Shown: piece after piece, positions 49,065 to 59,072 of the stretch | Position numbering within the stretch: the first letter of the stretch is position 1 | Layout of the letters: every line of letters begins with the position of its first letter | Assembly (NCBI GenBank): GCA_030647555.1 | Contig: JAUSJG010000007.1 | Span: forward strand, 106,181 to 170,180 | Direction of reading: 5' to 3' | DNA length: 64,000 bases | From: a bacterium | GTDB lineage: Bacteria > Patescibacteriota > Andersenbacteria > UBA10190 > CAIZMI01 | The notes under the pieces: generated by a model | Databases searched by the model: none | Told to the model about the DNA's origin: nothing | What the model saw: the letters and a program-made list of their open reading frames with translations, nothing else | Translations under genes and position numbers: made by a program

Positions 49065-50771
49065 TTACATTACCTGAATTTTTTCTACGCCGAGCAAATC
49101 CAACACGTTTCCAAGAGTCTGTCGCGCCGCCAAGATCAAAAGAATCAACGTAATTTGTTCATTGCGATTTTCATTATTCAAAACATGCACCGTGTCATAA
49201 AAATAATGAATGGATTTGGCCAACTCAATTGCATAATGTGGCAACCGATGCACTTCCCAGGAAGTCGCCACATCATCCACTATTTCCGGGAAACGATATA
49301 CCTGACGCATTAATTCATGTTCGGCCACCTGCCGAAGCGGCACGATATCACGCACCGGTGGTGGGATAACACCGTCCAAAACATTAGTTTCCTTTGCCTT
49401 GCGAATAATCGAAGCCAGTCGCACATACGCGTATTGCACATAATAAACCGGATTACGATCAGTTTGCTCCTTGGCCAAATCGACATCAAAATCCATATGC
49501 GAAGACAGAGAATTCATACACAAGATAAACCGCGCCGCGGAAAGACCCGCCTCTTCCACCATTTTATCAAGCGGAATTGCCGTACCCGCCCGCTTCGACA
49601 TTTTCTTTCTTTCCCCACCTTCAATCACGGCCACCATCTGCGTCAAAATAATTTGGATCTTTTCCACATCGCCACCGACTGCCTTCACGCCACCCAACAA
49701 TCTTTTTACGTCGCCGTGGTGATCCGCGCCCCAAAAATTAACGATTTTTGAAAAACCGCGACCCAACTTATCCAAATGATAAGCAATGTCCGGCGCAAAA
49801 TACGTCGTGTGGCCATCACCTTTCACCAATACACGATCTTTATCATCACCAAATTCCGTTGCCTTAAACCAAACAGCATCGTCTTTTTCATAACTCAATC
49901 CAGCTTTTTTCAGCTTTTCCAACACATCCGCCACTTCGCCTTTTTCATGCAACGTTCTTTCTGAAAACCAAACATCAAAATGCACTTTGCATTTTTCTTC
50001 AATCATCTTTCTGATTTCTTCAATGACCGTATCCACCGATTTTCGCGCCAGTGAATTAATAAATGCCTCATCAGCTAAATCTTTTTCCGAAAATTCGTGC
50101 GCAACATCTTCAACATAAAGCTCCTCCACTTTCTGCGCGATTATTTTCACATCGTCACCTTGGTACATGTTTTCCGGATATTCCACATCAATTCCCCTTC
50201 GGCGCAAAATAGATCGTAAAATAGATTCACCAAAAATTCTTACCTGGTTACCGACGTCATTAATGTAGTATTCGCGGGTTACCGCCCAACCGGATTTCTC
50301 CAAAACGCGTCCTAATGAGTCGGCCCAAAAAAGCGCGCGACCATTTCCAAAGGTTGGCATACCGGTCGGATTAGCAGAAACGAATTCCAGATTAATTGTT
50401 TGACCTGATCCCTGATTGTTGCTACCAAAACGATCACCTTCCTCTGTAACGTCATCAAGTTTTTTTGTGAGCCACTGCGGATTAAGAAAAAAATTAATGA
50501 ATCCCGGTTCAATAATCTCGGTTTTTATAAAAAACTCACTTGGTTCTATATTTTTCACAATTATTGTCGCAACCTCCATTGGATTCTTACCACTCTTCTT
50601 TCCAATCGCCAATGCAATAGGTGTTGCATAATCACCCAAAATTGCTTGATTAGCCGGCGGATACTGCACAATAATTTTCCCTAATTCAATGTTCGGCAAT
50701 TCGCCAGCAGCGACTGCCTTTTCAATGGCGACCCTCAAGATTGATTGGAGTTCGTTTCGGAGATTTTGCAT
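49065..50771 (-). CDS. argS: Arginyl-tRNA synthetase
   Basis: Arg-tRNA-synthetase N-domain, HIGH-variant region, DALR-type anticodon-binding C-terminus; start ATG terminates conserved leader element. Confidence 0.88.
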   Translation of the reverse strand: MQNLRNELQSILRVAIEKAVAAGELPNIELGKIIVQYPPANQAILGDYATPIALAIGKKSGKNPMEVATIIVKNIEPSEFFIKTEIIEPGFINFFLNPQWLTKKLDDVTEEGDRFGSNNQGSGQTINLEFVSANPTGMPTFGNGRALFWADSLGRVLEKSGWAVTREYYINDVGNQVRIFGESILRSILRRRGIDVEYPENMYQGDDVKIIAQKVEELYVEDVAHEFSEKDLADEAFINSLARKSVDTVIEEIRKMIEEKCKVHFDVWFSERTLHEKGEVADVLEKLKKAGLSYEKDDAVWFKATEFGDDKDRVLVKGDGHTTYFAPDIAYHLDKLGRGFSKIVNFWGADHHGDVKRLLGGVKAVGGDVEKIQIILTQMVAVIEGGERKKMSKRAGTAIPLDKMVEEAGLSAARFILCMNSLSSHMDFDVDLAKEQTDRNPVYYVQYAYVRLASIIRKAKETNVLDGVIPPPVRDIVPLRQVAEHELMRQVYRFPEIVDDVATSWEVHRLPHYAIELAKSIHYFYDTVHVLNNENRNEQITLILLILAARQTLGNVLDLLGVEKIQVM

Positions 50772-50916
50772 ACCCAGTATATCAACTTCCAATTTGAGCG
50801 ATTTCGAATCGCTCAAAAGAAGAACCGGTTAATGTTAAAACATTCCTCGGGCCCATACACAAAACCAATAGTTCTCGCTGAAATTTGAAATTGGAAGTTG
50901 TATTACTACTGGGCAT
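50769..50916 (-). promoter_or_regulatory. Conserved leader element copy 3 (upstream of argS)
   Basis: Hairpin TTGAGCGATTCGAAATCGCTCAA (covarying), proximal arm ends in start ATG. Confidence 0.6.
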
Positions 50917-51078
50917 TGCTTTAGTATAGCATTTATAGCACTAAATACCGAAAAATGACCAGAATAATTACGCGACGCTGGCGATGCCTGTCTTTTTGCC
51001 GTTTACAAATAAAGTATTTAGTTTTAAATTGATCGCGCGTCTCAACACACAATGTACATTCGTCAAAGGATACGGCAA

Positions 51079-51591
51079 ATGAACAGGTTACAAGAAGTTC
51101 TTGCCCTTACAGACATGATTGTGCGTATTCTGCCCAGGCTGGTCGCCGAAGTCAGGAAACAAAACATCAAGACACTTCTCGATATGGTTGATCTCGGTTC
51201 ATTCACCTCCAGATCACAGCTCGAATCTGTTCTTGATGAGGTACTCAGAAACAAGTGCGCCACGAGATCATACACGGACAGCGAAAGTGAGATTCGTCTC
51301 TTCGCTGGTTTCCTGGGAAGACTGAAGAAGGCTTGGGAACAAGAAATTGTGGTCACCTTCACAGAAAGCGGCAACCGCCTGTACGTTACCTACGCACTGC
51401 CACCGGAAAAAAAGCGAGCAACAGTCCCCTCCCAGCTCATCGTGGCGCATGGAGACGGTGCTTCAATGACGGGTCTGACGGACCATGATCTCCTGCGAGA
51501 CATTGACATTGCGATCCAAGCCGGACAGACCCCCGCTGAGCAAGTCCTCTCCTTGGCAAAACTTGGTCACGCAGCCAGTGAACCGGGGTGA
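51079..51591 (+). CDS. Hypothetical protein, GC-rich
   Basis: AAAGGA SD 8 nt upstream of ATG 51079. Confidence 0.45.
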   Translation: MNRLQEVLALTDMIVRILPRLVAEVRKQNIKTLLDMVDLGSFTSRSQLESVLDEVLRNKCATRSYTDSESEIRLFAGFLGRLKKAWEQEIVVTFTESGNRLYVTYALPPEKKRATVPSQLIVAHGDGASMTGLTDHDLLRDIDIAIQAGQTPAEQVLSLAKLGHAASEPG

Positions 51592-51681
51592 CAAATACAT
51601 CCAACCCACCGACCCTGTCAAAGAGCCGGTTTTTATTACCTTTCCAAAATCATCAATCATCATTCATAATTCATTACAGTT

Positions 51682-52131
51682 ATGTCCACCATCGCCGAAA
51701 ACAAGGAAGCGCACCATAAATACCTCATCGAGGAAACTCTTGAGGCGGGTGTTGTTTTGACCGGCCACGAAGTCAAATCGGCCCGCAAGGGCACGGTTTC
51801 CCTTAAGGGGGCCTACGCAACATTGAAGGGCGAAGAAGTTATTTTGGTCAACGCTCACATCGGCAGTTTTCAGCCGGGCAACGCCCCAGACGGTTATGAC
51901 CCGACTCGTTCCCGCAAATTGCTTCTACACACCGCCGAAATAAAAAAGATTATCGGAAAAAATAAAGCCCAAGGATTAACAATGGTGCCACTAAAATTCT
52001 ATGCCTCGCGTGGCAAGATTAAAGTTCAACTCGGCATCGCCCGCACCAAATCAAAAGCCGATAAACGCGAATCACTAAAGAAACAAGAAGCCAACCGCGA
52101 AATCGCGCGCGCGATGCGGGTAAAGAAATGA
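51682..52131 (+). CDS. smpB: SsrA-binding protein SmpB
   Basis: Conserved HHKYLIEETLEAGVVLTGHEVKS..., basic C-terminal tail. Confidence 0.9.
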   Translation: MSTIAENKEAHHKYLIEETLEAGVVLTGHEVKSARKGTVSLKGAYATLKGEEVILVNAHIGSFQPGNAPDGYDPTRSRKLLLHTAEIKKIIGKNKAQGLTMVPLKFYASRGKIKVQLGIARTKSKADKRESLKKQEANREIARAMRVKK

Positions 52132-52925
52132 ACAATTACAAACGCGCTTATTTTAATACAACTATTTTTTTTAAAACTTTTATTCATCGAATAGTTAATC
52201 ACTACGGCTACGAAATTAACAAAACGACAACTATAAAAAGATTCGGTGATGAATATCAAGCGCTAATAAGCCTTTATTGTAAAGAACTGAATTTTGAACT
52301 CCGCACCGAAACCAATGATGCCTTTATTTTTAAGGAAGTCTTTATTGATAATTGCTATAATCTTCCCCCTTCCATCGCGGGTCAAACGGTGGTTGATCTG
52401 GGTGCTCATATTGGCACCTTCTCACTGCTTGCCCTGCGTCACGGTGCAGAAAAAGTAATCGCTGTAGAACCGGATATGGTAGGTTTTCAAATACTAAAAC
52501 AACACCTTTCCAAATTTCCCAACATAGTTTTCTACAATAACGCAATCTGGAAAAACAATACTGACGATATAATGCTCTGTGGCCCGAGCAAGAAACTACC
52601 CACACATTATCGGGCGCTTGAAACCACTTCTGCGAACTTGCCTCCTGTTTGCCAAAAAGCAAAACCGATAACACTGGCAGAAATATTCTTAGAACAAAGG
52701 CTTGAAAAAATAGATATTCTAAAAATAGATATTGAAGGAGGAGAAATAGAAGTATTTTCTTCGCTACCCCAAGAATACTTTGCAAAAATCAATAACATCG
52801 TTGGCGAATGGCACGGACAAGAAGCATTGTGTGTTCTCCGGCAATATCTATCACCTTTCTATGATTTAGAATTCCGTGAAGATAACCCCAATGTCGACTA
52901 CTTTTTCGCGCATAAAAAACAATAA
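52128..52925 (+). CDS. FkbM-family SAM-dependent methyltransferase
   Basis: VVDLGAHIGTFSLLALRHGAEKVIAVEPD motif I; 4-nt overlap with smpB stop. Confidence 0.7.
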   Translation: MNNYKRAYFNTTIFFKTFIHRIVNHYGYEINKTTTIKRFGDEYQALISLYCKELNFELRTETNDAFIFKEVFIDNCYNLPPSIAGQTVVDLGAHIGTFSLLALRHGAEKVIAVEPDMVGFQILKQHLSKFPNIVFYNNAIWKNNTDDIMLCGPSKKLPTHYRALETTSANLPPVCQKAKPITLAEIFLEQRLEKIDILKIDIEGGEIEVFSSLPQEYFAKINNIVGEWHGQEALCVLRQYLSPFYDLEFREDNPNVDYFFAHKKQ

Positions 52926-52943
52926 ATACCGCACTGCCGAAAT

Positions 52944-52979
52944 TAAAAAACCGCCACTGTCTCTAAGAAACATTGGCGG
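52944..52979 (-). terminator. Rho-independent terminator for minus-strand gene 52998-54035
   Basis: AAAAAA + CCGCCACTG-loop-CATTGGCGG (one mismatch) on plus strand. Confidence 0.6.
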
Positions 52980-52997
52980 GTCTTTGCGACTCAATCG

Positions 52998-54035
52998 CTA
53001 CGCGCTTCTCATGATCACCTCCGGTGCTTCACTTACCAGGCAACGAATTCCGGCGTTCATCCACACTGGATAGTAACGAATCGGGACGGCAGTAGTGAAG
53101 ACATTTTCGCGACCAACAATGTCCGCGACCAACGCCTCCACATCGGGATCACCGGAAGTCATGAGCACACGCCCACCATCCACCTGCAATAGATTAAGGG
53201 CGTATGGAACACATAATGTCTGGGCTGGCACATGCACTGTGATGTCGAGCGGTTTACAGACCCGCTGAAGCAACGCAACTGTTTCTCCCGGTTCACGTGC
53301 TGTCCAGTTCTGTCCCTGAAGCCACTCCGTGGAAAAGTTCAAACGATCCATTACGAAATGGAGCGACTTGTCTTGAGCCGAGAGCAGTGTGCCAATCCGA
53401 TCCAGGTGGTCGTTGTATGAAACCTTTTCCGTTACACCACCCCAGCCATAACGAAGGGCCACAAGAAAAGGTATTTCTCCAAACTGCATACCCATCTCGC
53501 GCAAAATCTGCACATCGTCTTCCCAAAGCGACCGTGACGGTCCAACATCTTCGGTTCGCAAACGATCACCGATAAGTGCTGTTCTTCCGGAGTAGAGCAT
53601 GCGTCCGCCCTCACCCCACACAGACTTCGCAATCCGCCACCCATCCTTAGATGAGACGACGCTCTCAATCCCACAAGGATTGAGGAGCAGCGTTTTCAAA
53701 TCCTGATGGACAGTACAGAAGTCTCGCGGATACAGGACGGTTGAAGGGGCGTGACCCGGAAACGCCGCCAGCCTACAACCCAACGCTTGATTGAGAGTAA
53801 ACACATAGGCTTGGTCGACCTTGGTTATGTCGCGACACACGATTCGAAAATCGACACTCATCTGTTTCAGAGCATAAGCGATCGCCGCGTGCTCCCTTCT
53901 CAGATTTTCTGCCACGATAGCCATCGTCCTGGACTCATCCAAGACATCTTGGCACAACCGCGCTTGGCCAGCGGGGGCGAAGAAATCGTTTCGACGCGCG
54001 ATATTAAACTTCGGTTCTCCCAGTAGGTACATCAT
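52998..54035 (-). CDS. Hypothetical protein, possibly pentein/amidinotransferase-like fold
   Basis: GGAGG SD, start likely at second ATG pair; C-terminal GIRCL could be a catalytic-Cys motif; assignment speculative. Confidence 0.45.
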   Translation of the reverse strand: MMYLLGEPKFNIARRNDFFAPAGQARLCQDVLDESRTMAIVAENLRREHAAIAYALKQMSVDFRIVCRDITKVDQAYVFTLNQALGCRLAAFPGHAPSTVLYPRDFCTVHQDLKTLLLNPCGIESVVSSKDGWRIAKSVWGEGGRMLYSGRTALIGDRLRTEDVGPSRSLWEDDVQILREMGMQFGEIPFLVALRYGWGGVTEKVSYNDHLDRIGTLLSAQDKSLHFVMDRLNFSTEWLQGQNWTAREPGETVALLQRVCKPLDITVHVPAQTLCVPYALNLLQVDGGRVLMTSGDPDVEALVADIVGRENVFTTAVPIRYYPVWMNAGIRCLVSEAPEVIMRSA

Positions 54036-54113
54036 TCGACCCATCCTCCAAAAAGAGATTAAATTTTCAAAAAAGGACGACCCTCTACTATACTTATATT
54101 TTCACGATTGTCA

Positions 54114-54147
54114 ACGCATCGTAATGTAACACGCATCGTAATGTAAC
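54114..54147 (+). repeat. Tandem direct repeat 2 x ACGCATCGTAATGTAAC in divergent promoter region
   Basis: Read directly; partial inverted copy GCATTACATTAG at 54306-54318. Confidence 0.7.
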
Positions 54148-54412
54148 CACTCACTGGTCGAGATTTATCTGGGACCGTCCCTGCACGCCAGGGTCGGTCA
54201 CAGATAAACAAAATTACTTACAAATCAAACTAATTACTCACACTTCCTCAACCTGTGAGCGGTTACATTCATAATGCCTCAGTGGATTGGGACACCAACT
54301 ATTGAAGCATTACATTAGTATGGACCCCCGACTTCTCGGGGGTGGTGGATTTTTCTGATACTTACTGTAATATCGACTTTCAGGCGGGTGAGGAGCTACT
54401 TACGCGTTATAT

Positions 54413-54441
54413 TTGACAAATTCAAATAAATCTTATAATAT
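54413..54441 (+). promoter_or_regulatory. Consensus sigma70-type promoter TTGACA-17nt-TAATAT
   Basis: Read directly; lies upstream of ATG 54503, so the upstream TTG of the longest ORF is the -35 box. Confidence 0.6.
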
Positions 54442-54502
54442 ACTACGTTCAGTTACGGAACGATTTTTTGACAATTTTCCTCCTTCTTCAGGGAACCCTG
54501 CC

Positions 54503-56317
54503 ATGTCCATGTCAATGGGATGTTACGTCGGTGCGTATCTCACTCAAGCGGTCGTTCAGGTTGCATCACTATCCCCAATCCAATGGAGCCTGCTCAGTGC
54601 GTACGCCAAATACGGCTACGGCCCACCTCCTTACGTCGAGCCGACGTATGAGGATGAAACTTTCCACCCCCGGCTCAAGCTCAAACTCCAACAGATCGTC
54701 GGCTTTGAGGAGATGGAACACTCCCTCCGCATGCAGTATGTCGACGCGGCCAACGAAGTATTTCGTTTCGCCTACACACGCGGACGAGATGAGGACGATG
54801 AACAGAAAGGATTCTACAAAATCCCCCTCCTGCGCAATCGCCGGATCATGGATGATCCAGAAGGCATCGACCGCATCAAGATTCGCATTAGTCGCGCGGA
54901 ATACGAACGTGCCAACGCGATCCTGGAAGCCGTCGGCGAACTGGAAAGGATCGCACGCGCCATTCCATACTACGAGCTGTACTGCACGGTCAAGAAAAAC
55001 CTGCGGCGTCAGTTCAAAGTTGGGCTCGATGATGTGGTCTTAGTATCGATTGACCGCGGTGGTCGACTCCCCTGCATCATCCTTCAACGAGCATTGAACA
55101 TGCCCTGCATGTTCTCGCTCAAAGTAGACCAGGGCGGACGAGGCCTGGACGAAGACCGTCTCCTCGAATTCGTTTCGGACGGCACTCTGCGAGACAAGCA
55201 TGTCCTCTTTGTGGACTCGACCGTGGATTCGGGACGTCAGATCCGAGTGTTAGAGCGTTACTTCGATGATTCCAACTGGCGAGCCAGACTGGGACACCGA
55301 AGTTGGTCCATCGTCGGATCAAACGACTACGCCGAAAATCTCGGTCACCACTTGAACGTCAATTGGGGTGTCGATCCCGACCGAACGTTTGAGGACAACC
55401 CCCAACTAATGGGGATCGACTACGCTCCGGGAAGTCACACGAAGGTCGTTGATTTTCCGTCGCAAGCCGCGACCGACATTCGCAGATGTTTGTTGGCAGT
55501 GCCGGATGGCTACATCTACACTACCTCAGACATCGACGAACAACTCGCCACCCAACGCGAAAAATGGCAGCAACGCCAAAAGGAGCGTCGGGCGGAACAC
55601 AGACGGCAAGTGGCGACAGAAAAAGCGACTCATCGAAGCGAAACAGCGCAACATCGACAGCGAGTGAAGGCTGCCGACAAGGCCGATCGTCTCGATCGTG
55701 AATTGCGACGAATCACCTCTTCCAAGCGTTGGCAAGCACTCAAGCGTGCAAGCCAAAGTCTGCCGGAAGAGACATTGCCTCAAGCGGTTCAAAACGGGCA
55801 AGCCCACGAAATGCACAACGTGCTAATCGTGGGCGCGCGCCAGCAGAACCTGCCACAGGCAACGGTAGATTTCGTCGCCGACAACCTTGGCCCTCACTGC
55901 TCACTGTTTGCCGGAACGCCCAAAGGCAACCCCGGCGCCGTCCTCAAGGCGGTGCTGGCAAGCCAGAAGGTTCCGCAACCGGAGGTGCGTCTGTATCAAA
56001 CAGAGCACATGCGGGGACAAGTCGATCCAGCATTCGGCAACTCGCCGGTCGTGTTCGTCGGTCCAGACAAGCACGACGTGCGCTACAGGATGATCGATGA
56101 CTCGCACGCAGTCCTCGCTCTGGGTGGAGAAGATGGGACGCTGGAAGAAGTGCTCCAAGCACTTCTCTCGGATAAGCCCACCTTCATTATCTCGGGTTAC
56201 GGACCAGTCGCCGCCTACGTCGCCGGTAGCAAGCAGCTTCGAAAGAAGAAGAGCTTGCACATCTGTTCCAGTGTGGCCGAGGCGGTACAGCTGATCCTAG
56301 ACGCGTCCAAAGCCTAG
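54503..56317 (+). CDS. Multidomain protein: unknown N-domain + type-I phosphoribosyltransferase (PRTase) domain + highly charged helical linker + LOG/SLOG (Lonely-Guy-like) domain
   Basis: PRPP motif HVLFVDSTVDSGRQI and upstream VVLVSIDRGGRLPCIIL; linker QREKWQQRQKERRAEHRRQ...; LOG motif AVLALGGEDGTLEEVLQAL...KPTFIISGYGP. Confidence 0.6.
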   Translation: MSMSMGCYVGAYLTQAVVQVASLSPIQWSLLSAYAKYGYGPPPYVEPTYEDETFHPRLKLKLQQIVGFEEMEHSLRMQYVDAANEVFRFAYTRGRDEDDEQKGFYKIPLLRNRRIMDDPEGIDRIKIRISRAEYERANAILEAVGELERIARAIPYYELYCTVKKNLRRQFKVGLDDVVLVSIDRGGRLPCIILQRALNMPCMFSLKVDQGGRGLDEDRLLEFVSDGTLRDKHVLFVDSTVDSGRQIRVLERYFDDSNWRARLGHRSWSIVGSNDYAENLGHHLNVNWGVDPDRTFEDNPQLMGIDYAPGSHTKVVDFPSQAATDIRRCLLAVPDGYIYTTSDIDEQLATQREKWQQRQKERRAEHRRQVATEKATHRSETAQHRQRVKAADKADRLDRELRRITSSKRWQALKRASQSLPEETLPQAVQNGQAHEMHNVLIVGARQQNLPQATVDFVADNLGPHCSLFAGTPKGNPGAVLKAVLASQKVPQPEVRLYQTEHMRGQVDPAFGNSPVVFVGPDKHDVRYRMIDDSHAVLALGGEDGTLEEVLQALLSDKPTFIISGYGPVAAYVAGSKQLRKKKSLHICSSVAEAVQLILDASKA

Positions 56318-56375
56318 TCGCTCTTTCCTCGTTCAATTCCCCGTTGATTCACATTCGTGAATCGCGGGGATTTTT

Positions 56376-58160
56376 TTATTCCTGCTTGTTAACCGTCTGA
56401 TATTTTTCCCAAAGCTCAACGAATTCGGGAGAGTCTTTCAGTAATTGCTCAAGTGTCCCCGACGCAATAATTTTTCCGTCTTTAAAGAAATAAATTTCCT
56501 CGAATAGACGTAACAAGTGCAACCGATGAATGGACGCTAAAATCGATTTCTTTTTAAACTTCGCGAAAATGTTTTGGAAAATAATCAGTTCGTTTTGCGT
56601 ATCAATCGAGCTTGTCGGTTCATCCAGTAAAACAATCGATTTATCGTCGCAGGCCATTAGTCCGCGCGCGAGAGCAAGCCGTTGTTTTTCCCCACCGCTC
56701 AAATTGACGCCCTTCTCAACAATATTGGAATCCAGTTTCTTGGGCAGACTCTCAATGACGTCGGAAATACAAGCCATATCGGTAAACTTTTTTATATAGG
56801 CCGGTTTATAGTTGATACCCATCGTAATATTTTCTCTAATCGTAGTGGAAAAAATTTCCGGATCTTGCGGAATCAACGCGATATCTTCGCTAATCGATTT
56901 AAATCCTTCTTTTAGCAACTTACCGTCAAGATAAAGCTGAATATCTTGCGGACTATATAATTCCCGAATAATTTTTAAGAAAGTTGTTTTTCCGCTCCCG
57001 CTTTCACCGATCAAAGCAATCCGCGCGCCGTTTTTTATCGTCATTGAAACATTATCCAAATGCAATTCCGCGCCGTGGTAAGGGTGATAAGAAAAACTCA
57101 ATCCGGAAATTTTCAACTCGCGCCAATTCGCTTTCAACTCGATTTGTTTCACGCGCTTTATGTCGCTGAAATCTTTGGCCAGTTCTTCCGCGTTCATCAC
57201 CGCCGATTTACGTTGCACAATAATGCCATACATAGAAGCAAAACGGAAAAAGATATCGCTGATGCGATCCACATAACCATACAACGCGTAAACCGTTCCC
57301 ACCAAAATCACCGTTCCCGCGTTGATGTTGGCAAGAAAATACGACCCCAAAACAAGGACCGTCATTAAACTACTGCACACCGACACAAAAAACCATTTTG
57401 TTTCATTAATCCTGTTGTTTCTCACCACCAGTTTAAACGGTGCCATAATTTTTTCGTAAATGGCGGACGACACTAATTTTTCAATCCGCAAAATTATTAC
57501 CGTTGTGATATTGCTGATTGAATCAAAAACTTTCTCGGAAATTTTGTTTTCCGCGGAATAAATTTCTTTGTATTGTTTCACCAGTACTTTATCAAATTGC
57601 GTGATGAGCGTGATGGTAAAAATAACAACAGCGAGCACAATAAAACCGGCATAGTAATTAAAATAGGATAATATAATACATGATGTGATTAAACGCACCG
57701 ACGCCTCAATTATTTCAAACGAATCCTCCGAAAAACGGAATAGCGAAGTCGTGCCTTTTTCCACCTTATCAATTGTGTCACCGGAATGATGATCAACGTG
57801 CCACTCAATCGGCAAAGCCATCACGCCGTCCAATAAATATTTTTTGTAATTGGCGCGCACCCAAAACGCGTTTTTTTGCTCGATTAAACGAGATGGACCG
57901 TGAAACGTCCAAAACACTAAACTGATTAGAAAGAAAATCCCTAAATATATCAACAACAAAGGCAAACTTTCATTTGTAACACCTCTGGCCTGAACCACGT
58001 TCAGTAATTTTGCCATTACTAACGGCCAAAGAGAACTAACACCATTGGCAACAATAGACAACAAAACATACAAGATGACTTTTTTTCGATTGCCTTCGGC
58101 ATATTTCCAAAGCCGAACGGCTAAAAACAAAATGGGGTTATTACTTAACTTCATTTTCAT
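56376..58160 (-). CDS. ABC exporter, fused permease-ATPase
   Basis: 6 TM N-domain; Walker A GESGSGKTT, signature LSGGEKQRLALARGL, Walker B VLLDEPTSSID. Confidence 0.9.
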   Translation of the reverse strand: MKMKLSNNPILFLAVRLWKYAEGNRKKVILYVLLSIVANGVSSLWPLVMAKLLNVVQARGVTNESLPLLLIYLGIFFLISLVFWTFHGPSRLIEQKNAFWVRANYKKYLLDGVMALPIEWHVDHHSGDTIDKVEKGTTSLFRFSEDSFEIIEASVRLITSCIILSYFNYYAGFIVLAVVIFTITLITQFDKVLVKQYKEIYSAENKISEKVFDSISNITTVIILRIEKLVSSAIYEKIMAPFKLVVRNNRINETKWFFVSVCSSLMTVLVLGSYFLANINAGTVILVGTVYALYGYVDRISDIFFRFASMYGIIVQRKSAVMNAEELAKDFSDIKRVKQIELKANWRELKISGLSFSYHPYHGAELHLDNVSMTIKNGARIALIGESGSGKTTFLKIIRELYSPQDIQLYLDGKLLKEGFKSISEDIALIPQDPEIFSTTIRENITMGINYKPAYIKKFTDMACISDVIESLPKKLDSNIVEKGVNLSGGEKQRLALARGLMACDDKSIVLLDEPTSSIDTQNELIIFQNIFAKFKKKSILASIHRLHLLRLFEEIYFFKDGKIIASGTLEQLLKDSPEFVELWEKYQTVNKQE

Positions 58161-58195
58161 ATTTTAGCACAACGCTATATTTTTGCTTTTTGTTT

Positions 58196-58417
58196 CTAAC
58201 TAAAGTAGTTGGAAATTTTAAATCCCGCCCAAATACCGACAAAAGCACCAACACCGCTTAGCAAAATCGGCGTAAAAGAAAACATATCCGCGCCCCAAAG
58301 CGAAGGAATCAACCCGCCAATCGTGGATCCCACAAACATTCCACCCCAAATCAAAATTTTTGAATTCACCTTGTTATTATACCCTATCGGCACAAGAAAA
58401 AACCGACACAATTTCAT
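58196..58417 (-). CDS. GlsB/YeaQ/YmgE-family small membrane protein
   Basis: Gly-rich two-helix pattern GGMFVGSTIGGLIPSLWG...GVGAFVGIWAGF. Confidence 0.55.
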   Translation of the reverse strand: MKLCRFFLVPIGYNNKVNSKILIWGGMFVGSTIGGLIPSLWGADMFSFTPILLSGVGAFVGIWAGFKISNYFS

Positions 58418-58854
58418 GTCGGCTCAACACCAGCCTGCGGAACCTCGACTTCATTTTCCAATTTCGCATCTTCAGTGACCACTCGAATGTCGATAATTGC
58501 CAGGGGGTCGGAATCACGGAAGAATTGCTGAATCGGGCCCGCGTAACCGAGAGTAACAGCAACTAAAGCACCAACCGGAAAATCCTTAAGCCGTTCGTCA
58601 TCCACTCCGACTGTGAGGATCGTTGCACCCCCCTGAAGATGACAGTTGTCTAAGGCCGACAGCTTCGATTGCGCACTTTGGTTAAAGACCTTAACATGCT
58701 CGGGATTAAGGCGGATTTCAATCATCCTCATTCGATTCTTAAATATCCACCAACTGGTCTCACGAACGGTGTGCGCCGTCACTGTCCCGCGCAGGACATA
58801 CAAACAACGCTGACCACCGCGAGGGTTGCAAGCTCGAAACATTGTGCCTGGCAT
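58414..58854 (-). CDS. Hypothetical protein (146 aa), GC-rich
   Basis: AAGGAG SD 7 nt upstream. Confidence 0.5.
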   Translation of the reverse strand: MPGTMFRACNPRGGQRCLYVLRGTVTAHTVRETSWWIFKNRMRMIEIRLNPEHVKVFNQSAQSKLSALDNCHLQGGATILTVGVDDERLKDFPVGALVAVTLGYAGPIQQFFRDSDPLAIIDIRVVTEDAKLENEVEVPQAGVEPT

Positions 58855-59072
58855 GTTTCACTCCTTATTTCCAGAAAAAAATGAACATCAATCAGAACAG
58901 GGTATTGTTGAGCAAACATGAAATATTGTCAATGTTTTGTATACCACAAAATACCGTTGGCTCGTGATTAATTGTTGCCATATCTATTTTATTATTGTAC
59001 AAACTAATTGTTCATTTCTATTTACGGACGAAGCCTTACTACACAATCACCATTTTTCGCTAGGAACCAAAA

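Noticed and set aside
54413-54502. TTG at 54413 as start of the PRTase-LOG ORF (634-aa version)
   Set aside because: That TTG is the first base of a consensus TTGACA -35 box with a TAATAT -10 box 17 nt downstream. Translation more likely starts at ATG 54503.
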